Both the position numbers and the translations under genes were made by a program. A stretch of 63,120 bases of DNA, the filler included, from Octopus bimaculoides (lineage: Eukaryota): the NCBI RefSeq assembly GCF_001194135.2. It is 3 parts of 3 records of this genome, joined end to end, with 100 filler letters (N's around TTAATTAATTAA, not from the genome) between each part and the next. Parts side by side here need not be neighbours in the genome. Positions count along the whole stretch, not along the records: positions 1 to 31,711 come from NC_068984.1; positions 31,812 to 50,379 come from NC_069007.1; 1 more part is not named here. The stretch is one strand, 5' to 3'. Each line of letters starts with the position of its first letter. The first letter of the stretch is position 1. Of the stretch, positions 21,858 through 35,157 are shown one piece after another. The notes beneath the pieces were generated by a model. That model had not been told where the DNA came from and searched no databases. It saw only the letters and a list, made by a program, of their open reading frames with translations.

Positions 21858-24626
21858 TCTAAATACATGTGAATGTTTAACACACCAGGGGCAGACCCAA
21901 ATGAAGAATTACTCCAATATTTTGATAAGTGCAGCCATGTCTCGTGTGCCCTGCTTCTTTGGAAAGGCTGGCCATGCCTGATCTTCACCATCGACCCCTG
22001 ATGTAGGGATTATAGAAGGTGCCATTTTCAGAGGCAGAGGCCCTCATTTTCCTGCTGACGGAGCAAGTGGGGAGAACCTCAGTCCAAGACTTGACACCTT
22101 AGTTTACTAAAATGGTTAAAGGCAGAATTGGTCTCAGCAAGATTTCAACCAAGAGCATGGAGTATTAAAACAAATAACACAAAGCATTTTCTATGCAATG
22201 CTATAACTGTATGCTTGTGGGCTTTTCATCCTTCAGGGGTTGCTAAATTAGATCTTAATCAAAATCTGTCCTCAATTCCCCACTTTGAATATGTTGGAGT
22301 ATGAGGAAGGGCTGAACACACAAGACAAACCTTCCTCTAGAAGAGGTCCAGTAATGTATTATAGAAATAGGTTAACTGGAATATGGTCATAAATAATATT
22401 TGTGGATGGTTATTGCTTGTGGTTAAATGAAGTTTTTCACTGCATCTTCTTTATGTATCTCTCATCTCGAGCGAGATCGTTGCCAGTGCCCCTGGACTGG
22501 CTCCTGTGCAGGTGGCACGTAAAATACACCATTTTGAGCGTGGCCGTTGCCAGTTCCGCCTGACTGGCCTTCGTGCCGGTGGCACGTAAAAGCACCCACT
22601 ACACTCTCAGAGTGGTTGGCGTTAGGAAGGGCATCCAGCTGTAGAAACTCTGCCAAATCAGATTGGAGCCTGGTGTAGCCATCTGGTTTCACCAGTCCTC
22701 AGTCAAATCGTCCAACCCATGCTAGCAAGGAAAGCGGACGTTAAACGACGATGACGATGATCCACACTGGTGAAAGGATGGGTGACTGAATTAAAACCCT
22801 AACCCTAACCCTAACTGCTGTTTAAAAATAACAGGTTCCCACACACAAGTAACAGAATTCTTGTACAGAAATATAATCAAAATGTTCAGTGACACAGAAT
22901 TCAGCTTTGGGGTCAAATGTGCTGTTGCAGATGAGGGCATAAGTGTAATGGGAACACTTAGAAAGGGTTGGGTTGTAGAATATAAAAGTTCCAAGACTAC
23001 AAAGGGATAAATAAGGAATAGAAGCTGCAAGACAAAAGGTAATAGAGAATGGCAGTTCTCTGTGAGAACTGCATGAATTCAGTGGGAGTGTGGAGTTGGC
23101 TAATTTCTATTTAGCCAACATGGTTATGTGGTTGGAAAGTTAACTTCCAAACCTTGTGGTATCAAGGTTCAGTCCCACTGCATGGAACTTTGGGCAAATG
23201 TCTTCTACTGTAGACTTGAGCCAGTCAGAGTCTTGTGAGTTGATTTGATAGATGGAAACAGAAGCAGCTTTTCATATATAATGTATGTGCATGTTTGTGT
23301 TTCTCTCAGGTTCTTTTGAAGAAAATTCAAACTAAATATGTCAACTAAAACCCTTCTCATACAATAGTTATATAAACCCGCTATTAATTACATTTACTGA
23401 TAACAGAGATGCTGGTAATGATGAGGAGAAACTCCAGTTGTATGACTGGTCATAGAAATATTTACTTTTATCAATGCTAGGTGAATGAGAAACCTTTAAA
23501 GTGATAATCCCCACTAATCTGAAAAGAGGAGAAAAAAAGAAAAAGAAAAAAACCCCAATTCCTATCTTTACTGACTCCATAGCAACAGCAACCACAGCTT
23601 CTAAATTGAAAGCGCTAAAGAAGAGATAAGTAAATACTTACTGAGATAACCATGGAGAGACCGACTCTGAAATCCCCATAAACCCGAACATCTAAGGAAA
23701 AGTTGGCTTTCATGTTGAGCCTTAACAACAGCTGCCACCTCTAAGTTTTTTTAAGAGCAGGAAGAACTAAAAAGTGCGGAAACTGTTTGAAACAGACGCA
23801 AGAATATTTGCTATAGTGATTAAATATTATTAATGGGGATGGNNNNNNNNNNGGGGGGGGGGGGTAGTTTTCATTGGTTTTAAATAGATAAGACGGAAAT
23901 TATCTAGCCTAAGTTTATAATGCTCAAGAAAGATTTGAAATTAGCAGATTAGGTGATAGATCCAATTTATTTTAAGTAATACTAACATTATTGATGTGTG
24001 ATTATACCTTGAAATGAAGCACAATTTAATTGAAAATAAAGCTACCTGAGATAACAAGATAGATCAAAGAGATTCCTATGAAATTACTCAAGAACAACAA
24101 AATAACTGCAAATCTGCTGTAGAAAGACCTATTTTGGCATTTTCTATTGAAAACAGTCTGTACACACATAGGAAGATGTTGGACTGTGACTAGCATTGAT
24201 TCCAACACCTCGTCATTAGTTTTGATCTGGTGTCACAATGTGCCCTGTACAGTCTGTGAAGCAGTTGATAAATAAGCAGACAAGGGGAACATTTAGTCTC
24301 GTCTTATCGAGGACATGACATCTTCTCTGGTGTTGCTGCCATGGGAAATATAACATGGTATATGGTGAAAACTGGTCGGGGTTAGGGTACTGAATCAAAA
24401 AAAACTAAACCAAAAATATAACAGGATACGATTGTTCCAGTTGGGGTACAAAAACAGTGAGTCCCCAAAAGACTTACTCAAGACTGTGATGATCTGCTTC
24501 ACACAAGACACAATGGAAAACACACATAAAATGAAGTTCTTTACTTTCCAAAATCAAATCAACATACACCATACAGAAGAGAAATATCAACATGGCTATA
24601 ATCATTGTCTTTTTTTATTTTCACAG

Positions 24627-24830
24627 GAAACATACTGGTTATTCTGGCTGTGAGAACCTCCAAGAAATTACAGACTCCTTCCAATATTTTTATTGTCAAC
24701 CTCAGTGTAGTGAACCTGCTGTTTGACTTGGGTGTGTTACCATTCCATGCTTACACCAATATTCACAAAGCAGCTGGAATAAGCCCATTACTATGCAGAC
24801 TTGTGGCACTTGTAGACTATGCATTAACAG
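24627..24830 (+). CDS. Class A GPCR, coding exon 2 (TM1 end, TM2, start of TM3)
   Basis: TTTTCACAG|GAAACATACTG...TTAACAG|GTAAGG; 204 nt, phase 1/1; GNILVILAV...NIFIVNLSVVNLL...LCRLVALVDYALTG. Confidence 0.9.
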
Positions 24831-26759
24831 GTAAGGAATTGGAAATGTAACAATACTTATTTTCATTTCTCAACAAGGAACACAAATTGAATGAGATTCA
24901 CTTTACTACCACAAGGGCCAACTTTCCATTGAATCCTTTGAAAATAGACTGAAACTAAACCATTCCCTAAATGTCAAGAAACCATTACAATCCAAACTAC
25001 CAACTAAATCAGTCAAACCCGTTTCTATCTCATTGAGACGTGGTTTACGAAAGACAGGAAAGAATAATCTTTATTTCCATTAGGTTATTGAAAACATGCA
25101 GCAGCCAATAAGTAGAGATGTTAATTAATGAAATGAAATGTACCCACAACATGTCTGATAAATCAATCAGTTACAACTGTCCCCACCACTGGGGGGCACC
25201 AGATATTTTTCACTGTTCAATTTGACAAAGTTACAGGGGCAGGTAGGATTGTGTGGTTTGCTTCTTAACCCCCAGGGGTTTGGGGTGTGGCCCTACTGTA
25301 GACTGACATCTGTCAAAGCCTCAGGAGTGGTAATGGCAGATGGAAACTATATGGAAGCCCATTGCAAGTGTGTGTATTGTGTGAAAGTCAACTCAGTGTT
25401 CACATGAGCACTGTTTGAGTGGAAAACAGAGACATTGCTTCTCCAGTAAACAAATGATCCTTAAGTATATAAAGCAGGAACAAGACAACCAGTGGAATGA
25501 ATGTCTTTGACCAACAATGGTGAATCTGAACTCTTAATATGTATACCTTGACATCTCTTATTGAAAATGAATTAATCTCATGTCTTAATCTGATTTTAAT
25601 CCTTATGGAACGAATATAGTTGTTAGCCAGTCATTTATAGAATCATCATCATCATCATTTAACGTGTTTTCCATGCTGGCATGGGTTGGACGACTCGACT
25701 GGGGCCTGGGAAGCCAGGAGGCTGCCCCAGGCTCCAATCTGATCTAACAAGGTCTCTACAGCTGGATGCCCTTCCTAATGCCAACTACTCTGAGTAGTGG
25801 GTGCTTTTTATGTACCACCGACACAGGGGCCAGAGGGGGCTGGCAACGACCATGATCAGTTGGTGCTTTATACATGCCACCGGCACGGAAGCCAGTCAAG
25901 GCAGCACTGGCATCAACATTCGGACGGTGCTTTTTAAGTGCCACCGGCACGGAGATCATAACTACAATTTCCATTTGATTTTGATATACTTGACTTGACA
26001 GGCCTCCTCAAGTATGGCATGTCGCCCTAAGAATATAGTCACTTTGATAATTAGTCATAAAATACATAAATACTTTCATTTATTAAATTGAAATAAAAAT
26101 TAATTTACTTGAGTTAATTATAAAAGATAAAACACAAAAATCCATGTAAACTATTGCTATAACCTTCAGAATATTGACAGCACTGAAGAAGTTGGTACCT
26201 GAAAGTATATCTGCAAATATTAAAGGAAAAACTATACAATTACTTCAGAATTGTAGCCCTGACTTGTTTCAGTTGTCCATTTTTGTCTTTGTCCTAATCT
26301 CTGCCAAAACAACCCCCACCAGACTTCAATTTTAATTTTGTATCATTTTGCATTCACATACCAGATCCGATTTTGTGGGGGAAATTACTAAATATAATTT
26401 TTCATACTAATTACAAAAATAACCAGTTTCTTTCGAAATAATATCTTCATAATACTGCAAGTGTAACGACCGTGACTTGCAGCATCAGAAACTGTTATAT
26501 CTGATGAATTTCAAAAACTGTTCCATTTTTATTCGTCTGTAATGCCTTTATCTTTAATTTCTCCAATAAATGGTTATGATTCATGTAATTAACAAATGAA
26601 AAATTCCATGTGTAAAAATTTCCAAAAATTGAATTTGGTAAATGAAACTGGAAAGGTCCACTATGAAAGGGGCTGTCTATAAATTAAGGTTATAAAATGA
26701 TAAATTTGATGCCCCAATTTTACAAGACATGACTAACTGTCAGTTTTATTTCTTTGCAG

Positions 26760-27523
26760 GTACAACCATTATGACAATCATTTTAATTGCTTATAACCGT
26801 TACAAACTTGTGGGAAACTACCACAGATATATCGACCATTTCAACCAAATCAACATTGCAGCAATGTTAAGTGTTGCATGGTTGTTGCCATTGCTGTGTC
26901 TGCTGCCGCCATTATTAGAAGTTTGGGGAAAATTTGGTTACGTGGAGAGACTAGCAACGTGCAATCTATTTGAGGACAAACAGTATTTCAAAGACATTTT
27001 ATTGTTGCTACGCACTCTTGTGCCAAGCATAATAATCATCTACTTTTACATAGGGATCTACCAAGCATCTAAGGCCAGCCACCTAAGAATGCCTTCTTTA
27101 AAGGATTCCATTAATTCACAGCAGCGAGAACGAAATGAGAAACGAATGACCAAGATGATGTTAACGATTATCTCCCTTTTCATTTTATTTTACTTCCCGT
27201 GTACAATCACTGCTATAATAGATCTCTATTATATTCTTTCAAAGCCTCACCACCTATTCTGTAGGTTGTGTATTTATTTTGGAAGTGCTGTAAACCCTGT
27301 CATCTATGGCTTGATGAATTCACAATTCAGTCATGCATACAAAAAACTCATCAGCTGCAGACTTAAAAAAATAAACCCTAACATTCCACCCATCACTGTA
27401 ATCCACTTAAGTACCCTCATAACAAAACCCTCCACACAACTACGAGTCACTTTCCTGTCCACTCTGCCCAAAAACACAGACACAAACCTACCAAATAACG
27501 AATTACATCAAACATTATGCTAA
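26760..27523 (+). CDS. Class A GPCR (moody/Tre1/GPR84/melatonin-receptor-like), coding exon 3
   Basis: TTTGCAG|GT; IAYNRY (TM3), WLLP..LP.LL.VWGKFGY..RLATC (TM4/ECL2), FYFP (TM6), NPVIYG (TM7), helix 8 FSHAYKKLI; spliced total 377 aa. Confidence 0.9.
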
Positions 27524-27581
27524 AACAACCAAATTAGGTGAACAAACTTGAGTCAAAATATCAGCAGATGTACATTATTTT

Positions 27582-27587
27582 AATAAA
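27582..27587 (+). terminator. Candidate GPCR polyadenylation signal AATAAA
   Basis: 59 nt past the stop codon. Confidence 0.4.
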
Positions 27588-29512
27588 TTAATCTAATTAA
27601 ATCATTAGTCTTGGCTTTCACTACTTCATACCAATGATTTCGTTCATTTTTGTTTCCATTTTAAAACCTACATACAATGTATGTAACTGCACTATAAATA
27701 TATTTATTACTCAGACAATATACAACATTCCCATACACCCTCCAAAGGACATTAAAAAAAAAAAAAAAAAAAAAAAAGGCTGCAGTTTCAAGCAATCTGA
27801 CCATGACCACCACAAAATCTAAGGAAACTTCCAGAACGGATTGCTTGTAAACATCACCACTACACAAAATAATTACTGCTACCAGGAAATTATCAAAATG
27901 ACATTACATCAAAGAGTAAAAACAGAATTCGAAGCCCAGTGTCCAGCTTTTACTCAAATTCCACAAATGACTAACACTCACAACTTTTCCATTTACACAC
28001 AATTTCTATTACTAACATCGAAGTCATTGATTAATTTCCATATTTTCAAACCCAAACTATTTTTGTGGCCCCCTGTTTTGTCCCCAGCACGCCTCATCCC
28101 CGTTTACACTTGTCTATGCAACATTTCTGTTGTTGATGTTGATTTCAAGAACTTCTGTTTATCATTAGACTGCAATTTATTGCCTTAATTAAACAAATAT
28201 GTACATTGTGAGGTTCATGTATGCTGTGATATCTGATAACTCTATCGAGTTGACCACAGGTTTGCTTCCCAAGCACATGGCTCTTGATTCAGTTCCACTG
28301 GGCAAGCATCTTCTACCATAGCCCCAGGCTGACCAAAGCCGCCTTATGAGTGGAACTGAAAAAGACCCCCCTCACACAGGTGCGTGTCTCCTTTTCTTTG
28401 ACATCATGTGATAACTGTAAATGAGCATCATCACCCTCGTGCAGGGAATGTCCATATAACCTTCCTTGGAAAAAGGTGAGGGTTAACAACAGGGTCTCCA
28501 GCCAGAGAAAATCTACCTTGACAAATTCTGTCTGACCCATGCAAGCAAGGAAAAGTGGACACACAAGCAGAGAGATCTTCAACAGTGAATCAGTGCGCAG
28601 TTGACTACAGATGAATCCCCCCCAGCACCATAAAGTGTAGGGGGGACATCAGAATCGATCGTCATTTCTCATCATATTCACTGTAAAACATTCACAAAAT
28701 AATGGCAAACGACTAAATGACAAATTGATAAATCAGTTCTTTAATTAAAAATTAAACTATTTAAGATTATATAAAAATATTCACATGAAGGGAGATTATC
28801 TTCCTTAATGTGTCTATGTACTCAAGTGTTTTATTATTATTATTATTTTGAAACAGACGCACCTGTTTGGAACTTTTCTGGAAGTTGTTATTTAGGTATT
28901 TTTTTTCAAACAGAAAGTTTGTGCCACAGAACAAGCAACAACTTCAAGCAAGTTGGTTTATCAAGAGGGGTGAGAAAAGGGGTACTCTACGATTTATGCT
29001 GTGTGGTAAGAAGTTTGCTACTCAACTACATTGTTCTGGGTTCGGTCCCACTGTGCAGCACCATTCTTACAGCCTAGGCCAACCAAAGCCTTCAGAGTGG
29101 ATTTGGCTGAGGGACACTAAAATAAGCCTTGTCATTTATACACGTCCGTCTGCCCCCACTCCCCAACACTTGACAGTATTGGTTTGTTTACGTCCTAGTA
29201 AATTAGCAGCAAGAGAGACTGACAGGAATAAGTACAAAACTTTAAAAAAAGTTGAGTACCGAGGTCGATTTGTCTAAACCCTTCAAGGCGGTGCCCCGGA
29301 ATGGCTGCAGTCCAATGACTGAAACAAGATAACAAACATACATCATCATCATCATCGTTTAACGTCCGCTTTCCATGCTAGCATGGGTTGGACAATTTGA
29401 CTGAGGACTGGTGAAACCGGATGGCAACACCAGGCTCCAATCTAATTTGGCAGAGTTTCTACAGCTGGATGCCCGTCCTAACGCCAACAACTCAGAGAGT
29501 GTAGTAAAGGTG

Positions 29513-29564
29513 TTCCCATGCCGGGAATCGAACCCGGGCCGCCTGGGTGAAAGCCAGGAATCCT
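29513..29564 (-). pseudogene. 5'-truncated tRNA-Glu(UUC) copy
   Basis: AGGATTCCTGGCTTTCACCCAGGCGGCCCGGGTTCGATTCCCGGCATGGGAA: anticodon arm, T arm and 3' acceptor strand; first ~20 nt missing. Confidence 0.85.
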
Positions 29565-31811
29565 TCTCAAATTTCCCGTTCAATTGCAGGACGAGAAAAG
29601 AAAACCCTTCTATGGGTAATGGTCAGAGTCCCTCATAGGGAAGGGGAAATAATTCATTGAAAAGTAATAACCTCTTAAATTTATTGACAAATTTGGATTG
29701 GTCAGGGTTTGAAAGGGAAGGGAGATAACTAGACATGTCTTAGTCTCATTAGACAACATAACCAAGAGTGATGAATGTGTTTATCAGGCTTACATTGGTT
29801 CACCAATATTACTTCTCCAGAGTTCATTTATTAATTGTGCTGAGAGAGACGGAGAATAGTGATGATTGTTTAACCCTTGCAAGGTAGCAGACAAATCCAA
29901 AGTGTTGGTGCCACTATAGAACTCACCCAGTTACACCATGTAAGGAAAAATCTCCAGCCATAGAAATTATGTCAAAAATAAAACGGGAGTGAGGTCCTGT
30001 TCATGCCAGAATGGAAAGTGGACACAAACTGAGGTCCTCTCCATTCTATATAAATAAATGCATCAACATGACTTTTAGAATAAATAAAAAAACGAAAGAC
30101 GAATAATTGATATCGAGGGCAGCTGAGCATAAAATGAAAGCCAACAGAGAAAGGTGGAGTGGATGCACAATCAGTGTTTGAACAGATACACACTAAACTA
30201 GGCATCGTGTCCAAATACACAAATATGTATTTATTGCGTCAAAATTTACACATGGGCACACCAAATATATGCAGTGGAGCATGGCTTGGTGTTCAACTCA
30301 TGATTCATAAGATTGTGGTTTCAATTCCTGGATCAGACGATGCATTTTTCTTGAATTTCGTTTTATGCTGCCCCACTCGACTCAGCTGGTGAAAATGAGT
30401 AATCCCACAACAAACTGGTGTCCCACCCAAGAAGGAGCATATATATACAATGTAGAGTAATGAGGACAAACCATACAAGTAGATACACACAGTTGTATAC
30501 TTGCTTGTGTTCAGGTATATAGTATATACACACATGCACTTGTATTTAAATACATACACATACTCATGTGCTTGCAATTTTTAAATATATCCCAGCACTG
30601 AATGACTAAGAGAGGCTACAATTAGAGATAAGCAATCACAAAATAAATAGCTGCAGCAGCTTGAGGGCTTAATGTATTTCAGTGAAATTACAGGAGTTAA
30701 AAATAAAACCATATCAGAATCAGTGTTGAAAGGAAGATGTGCATGGGCGTGTGTGTGTGTGTGTGTGTGTGGCTAAAGATAAAATGTTGGTATAGCTGAG
30801 TGGTGCTTGGTGCAGCCCTCCGGCTTGCTAAAAGCCCCATCAAACCATGGCAACATGGGAGAATGCATGATGATGAGGATTTAGATATGTTACATTAATT
30901 TTGTATCTACATCCCAGCTAAACTATTAAAGAAAGCTAATGAAAAGAACAGAAAGATTAACTATAAACAGGCAACACCTGAGACAGATGCTGCAAATAAT
31001 GCCATCAAACCCAGCTCTGGGTACCTGAACAGAATTTCCATTCCAGTAATTTAGATCAGTGTTTCTCAACCATTTTTTTTTTTCATCTATGGACCCCTCT
31101 GATTCCTATTTTACTCCAATGCACCCACCTCCATAGCCATTCGATTTTTAAACAATCCTATTATATTCTTAGAATATTACTAGGTGGTGAGCTGACAGAA
31201 TCGTTAACATGCTGGACGAAATGCTTAGCAGCATTTCACCCATCGCTACGTTCTGAGTTCAAATTCCACCTCGGTCGACTTTGCCTTTGATCTTTTCAGG
31301 GTCGATAAAGTAAGTACCAGTTACACACTAGTCTCTCTCCTCAAAATTTCACACCTTGTGCCTTTAACCCTTTCGTTACCATATTTCTAACCAAATTACA
31401 CCCCTTATGTGTTTCAATTAATTTCTAACATAATCATAAATTTAGGCTGGTTTCGTTAAACAACTCTAACTTTTTTATTTATCAACATATTAATGTGATT
31501 TTTGGAAGATAAATTCACGAAAGGTTCTCAAACCAATTCTATACCAAAATTTTTGTCACTAAATTCAACAAAATATAAAATTATTAAAATTTTTGTTCAA
31601 ACATCGCTATAGAAAATGGGTTATTAGCTAATATTCAATTGGGTATACAACAAAATATTATTATAGAAGAGTCGTGCACATTACTGGATTTATTACTGTC
31701 TCTTTTGCCAGNNNNNNNNNNNNNNNNNNNNNNNNNNNNNNNNNNNNNNNNNNNNTTAATTAATTAANNNNNNNNNNNNNNNNNNNNNNNNNNNNNNNNN
31801 NNNNNNNNNNN

Positions 31812-32280
31812 CCCACACACAACATATACACAGGTACATATGCACACACAGGAACACATGCACACACATGAACACATGCACACATACACGCATGTACATG
31901 CAAATAAACACAATGCACAAACACACAAATGCACACACACACATGCAGATGCACACATAACACACACAAACATACACACACATACGCACAAACACACACA
32001 AACACATACACACACAAACATGCACACACAAACATGCATACACATACACAATCACATGTACACAAGCAAACACACAAATATATACATACACACATGTACA
32101 TGCAAATAAACACAATGCACAAACACACAAATGCATACACACACCCACATGCAAACGCACACATAACACACACAAACATGCACATACATACGCACAAACG
32201 CATGCACACACGCACATGCACACACACACATGCATAGACATGCACAATCTCATGTACACAAGCAAACACACACACACATC
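31812..32280. repeat. Degenerate CA-rich minisatellite/microsatellite
   Basis: Recurrent ACACATGCAC / AAACACAATGCAC units. Confidence 0.85.
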
Positions 32281-33089
32281 TTAACAAAAGAAAAAAGAAC
32301 AGCACACATTGGATTACAGAGCTTTTGCTTTCCTTAAGCTTTGGAATCAAGCACCAGAATGGTCAACCACGAGTGACCATGGGCTAAACGACAAGAACAA
32401 CACCATCACCAACAACAGCAACAACAACAACAATTATGTAGGTGGTCCCTCGTTGACTCATCAATATTGATCTCGTTTGACTAATCACAAGACCAATTTT
32501 GGTGCTTGATTGATTGAACGTCTATCAGTTCCTGTGGGATAAAAGGAAGTTAACTTTGGTAAGAATTCAAGATTGGAACTGCACAATAGCAGACAATATA
32601 CAAGAGCTTAATGTTTTAATATCTCAGATATAGCATTGACTGTGCTTTATGTTAGCAATCTAAATACCATTTGCATGTATGTGTGTATGTGTGTATGGAT
32701 GTATGTATATACTTGCGTGTGTATGTGTACGTATGTGTGTGCATAAGTGTTTCTATGTTTATGCATGCATGTTTGTATATGTATATGCACATATGTATGT
32801 GTGTGTGTATATATATAGAGACAGATAGATAGATTGATAGATAGATATGTATATACATGTGTAAATATGTGTGTATGTGTATATATTTATATATAATATA
32901 TATATATATATATACAGATATATATTTGTTTATATATACATATATATATAAACAAATATTTATATATGCATAGAAACATATCTACTTATATATATATTGA
33001 TATATATACATATATGTATACACATAAACACACATAAACACACACATACACACGCAAGGACATGCATAAGTAGCATATATATGTGTGTA

Positions 33090-33120
<31 letters not shown>

Positions 33121-33587
33121 ACATCATTTCAATTGTCCACTTTATAGACCCAGGCAAGCATGGTAAAGTTATGTAAAAACAATGATGGCACTCACACACA
33201 CACATACACACATGTGCGCAGACTCACACACACACTCACACTCATGTCTAAATGTATACAACATGATATTTTTCCTCTATAGAGATTAATCAAATGTTTA
33301 ATTTTGCATACATCACAAGCTATCAGTTTCTAAATCAAAAAATTAAGATCAAAAAGGGAAAGGGAGATAATTTCAGCTTCAAAATCTATAGTACAGTGTA
33401 AAATACTGATTATCGATCATTTGGAACTACGTCACTTTTATTAATAGAAAACTAGAAAGGCTAGACTTGTATAAATTCCAATTCTAATATATTTTTATCA
33501 CAAGACGGTTTTGAAACATCCATGAATATTTCAAGTACATGCTTCAAATACAAATCTTATTCAATCAATACCTTTGATACCTGATTG

Positions 33588-33972
33588 CGTGTGTTGGCAC
33601 TCCGTCACTTACAACGTCGAGGGTTCCAGTTGATCCGATCAGCAGAACAGTCTGTTCATGAAATTAAAGTGCAAGTGGCTGAGCACTCCACAGACACGTG
33701 TACCCTTAACGTAGTTCTCGGGGGATATTCAGCATGACACAGAGTGTGACAAGGCTGACCCTTTGAATCACAGGCATAACAGAAACAGGAAGAAAGAGTG
33801 AGAAAAAGTAGTGGTGAAAGAATACAGCAGGGTTCGCCACCATCCCCTGCCGGAGCCTCGTGGAGCTTTAGGTGTTTTCGCTCAATAAACACTCACAATG
33901 CCCAGTCTAGGAATCGAAACCGCGATCGTATGACTGTGAGTTCGCTGCCCTAACCACTGGGCCATTTCGCTT
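33588..33972 (-). mobile_element. SINE family D, near full length
   Basis: Minus-strand tRNA-like head GGCCCAGTGGTTAGGGCAGCGAACTC...GGTTTCGATTCC; closely similar to 48572-48955. Confidence 0.8.
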
Positions 33973-35121
33973 CCATGATGCCTGATTATACTATTGGAAA
34001 ACATAAAGTCATCATCATTTAACATCTGCTTTTCATGCTGGCATGGGTTGGACGGTTTGACTGGGACTGGTCAGCCAGTGTGCTGCACTAGGTTCCAATC
34101 TGATTTGGCATGGTTTCTTCAGCTGCATACCCATCCTAATGCCAACCACTCAAACAGTGTAATGGATGCTTTTCACGTGCCACTGGCATGACTGCCAGTT
34201 ACGTGGCTTCAACATTGGCTACAACTATGCTTTCTCTTGGCTTGATTAGTCTTCTGAGGCACGGCATGTCGCGAATGGTCTCTGTCACTTTTCACCTCTC
34301 TGAAGCTCAATATTCAAAGGGTGCTTTTTACGCATCACCATCATGGGTGCCTGTTGTGTGACAGCATCATCCACAATTATAGTTTTACTTGGTTTGATGG
34401 GTCTTTTAAATCTTGGCTTATCACCCAAGGTCTAAGTCACTTGTCATTGCTTCCATGAGGCCTAATGTTTGAAGATCATGCTTCAACACCTCGTCTCAAG
34501 TCTTCCTCGGTCTACCTCTTCCACAGGTTCTTTCCACAGCTAGATATAGGCCCATTTTTGGGCCAAAATATTTGCAATGCTACTTTCTATGAATTATAAG
34601 TTTATTCCAGTATCCATCTAATTATGATGATTCCAGCATCTTTTCATATTTGTTGGGTGTTGATGAAGAAAGAGAAAACTGAATAAGAAAACCGATTTTA
34701 ATTTACTTGCGTGAATTGGGAATAACCACAGAAATATATCCCTACATCCACCAGTTTCATTTCTTCATAATTCTGAGGAAAAATGGAGATTTTTAATGAA
34801 ATTTTCTACAGATATCTTTCAAATAATATAAATTATGATTATATTAGAGAAAAATACGGAGGGGAACATTTCATGCCTCATGACTTGTTTTGTTTTTTTC
34901 CATACATTTTGATATTATCATTACAATTACTCTTTTACTTGTTTCAGTCATTTGATTGCGGCCATGCTGGAGCACCGCCTTTAGTCGAGTAAATCAACTC
35001 CAGGACTTATTCTTTGTTAGCCTAGTACTTATTCTATCAGTTTCTTTTGCCGAACTGCTAAGTTACGGGAACGTAAACACACCAGCATCACTTGTCAAAC
35101 GATGTTGGGGGGACAAACACA

Positions 35122-35157
<36 letters not shown>

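Noticed and set aside
22795-22815. (CCCTAA)3 telomere-like repeat
   Set aside because: Only about 3.5 units with no junction signature; can arise by chance or slippage.
31756-31767. TTAATTAATTAA island inside an N run (also 50424-50435)
   Set aside because: Identical 12-mer with stops in all six frames at the centre of two gaps; a scaffolding spacer, not biology.
31756-32350. Cys/Val/His/Tyr-rich ORFs here and at 50891-51232, 52585-52876, 53007-53535, 55644-56047, 56553-57604 and 60521-60857
   Set aside because: Translations of CA/TA/TAT microsatellites.
33900-33972. tRNA-like sequences at SINE heads (also about 48890-48955 and 18390-18470)
   Set aside because: They continue into multi-copy SINE bodies and lack a complete cloverleaf, so they are not tRNA genes.
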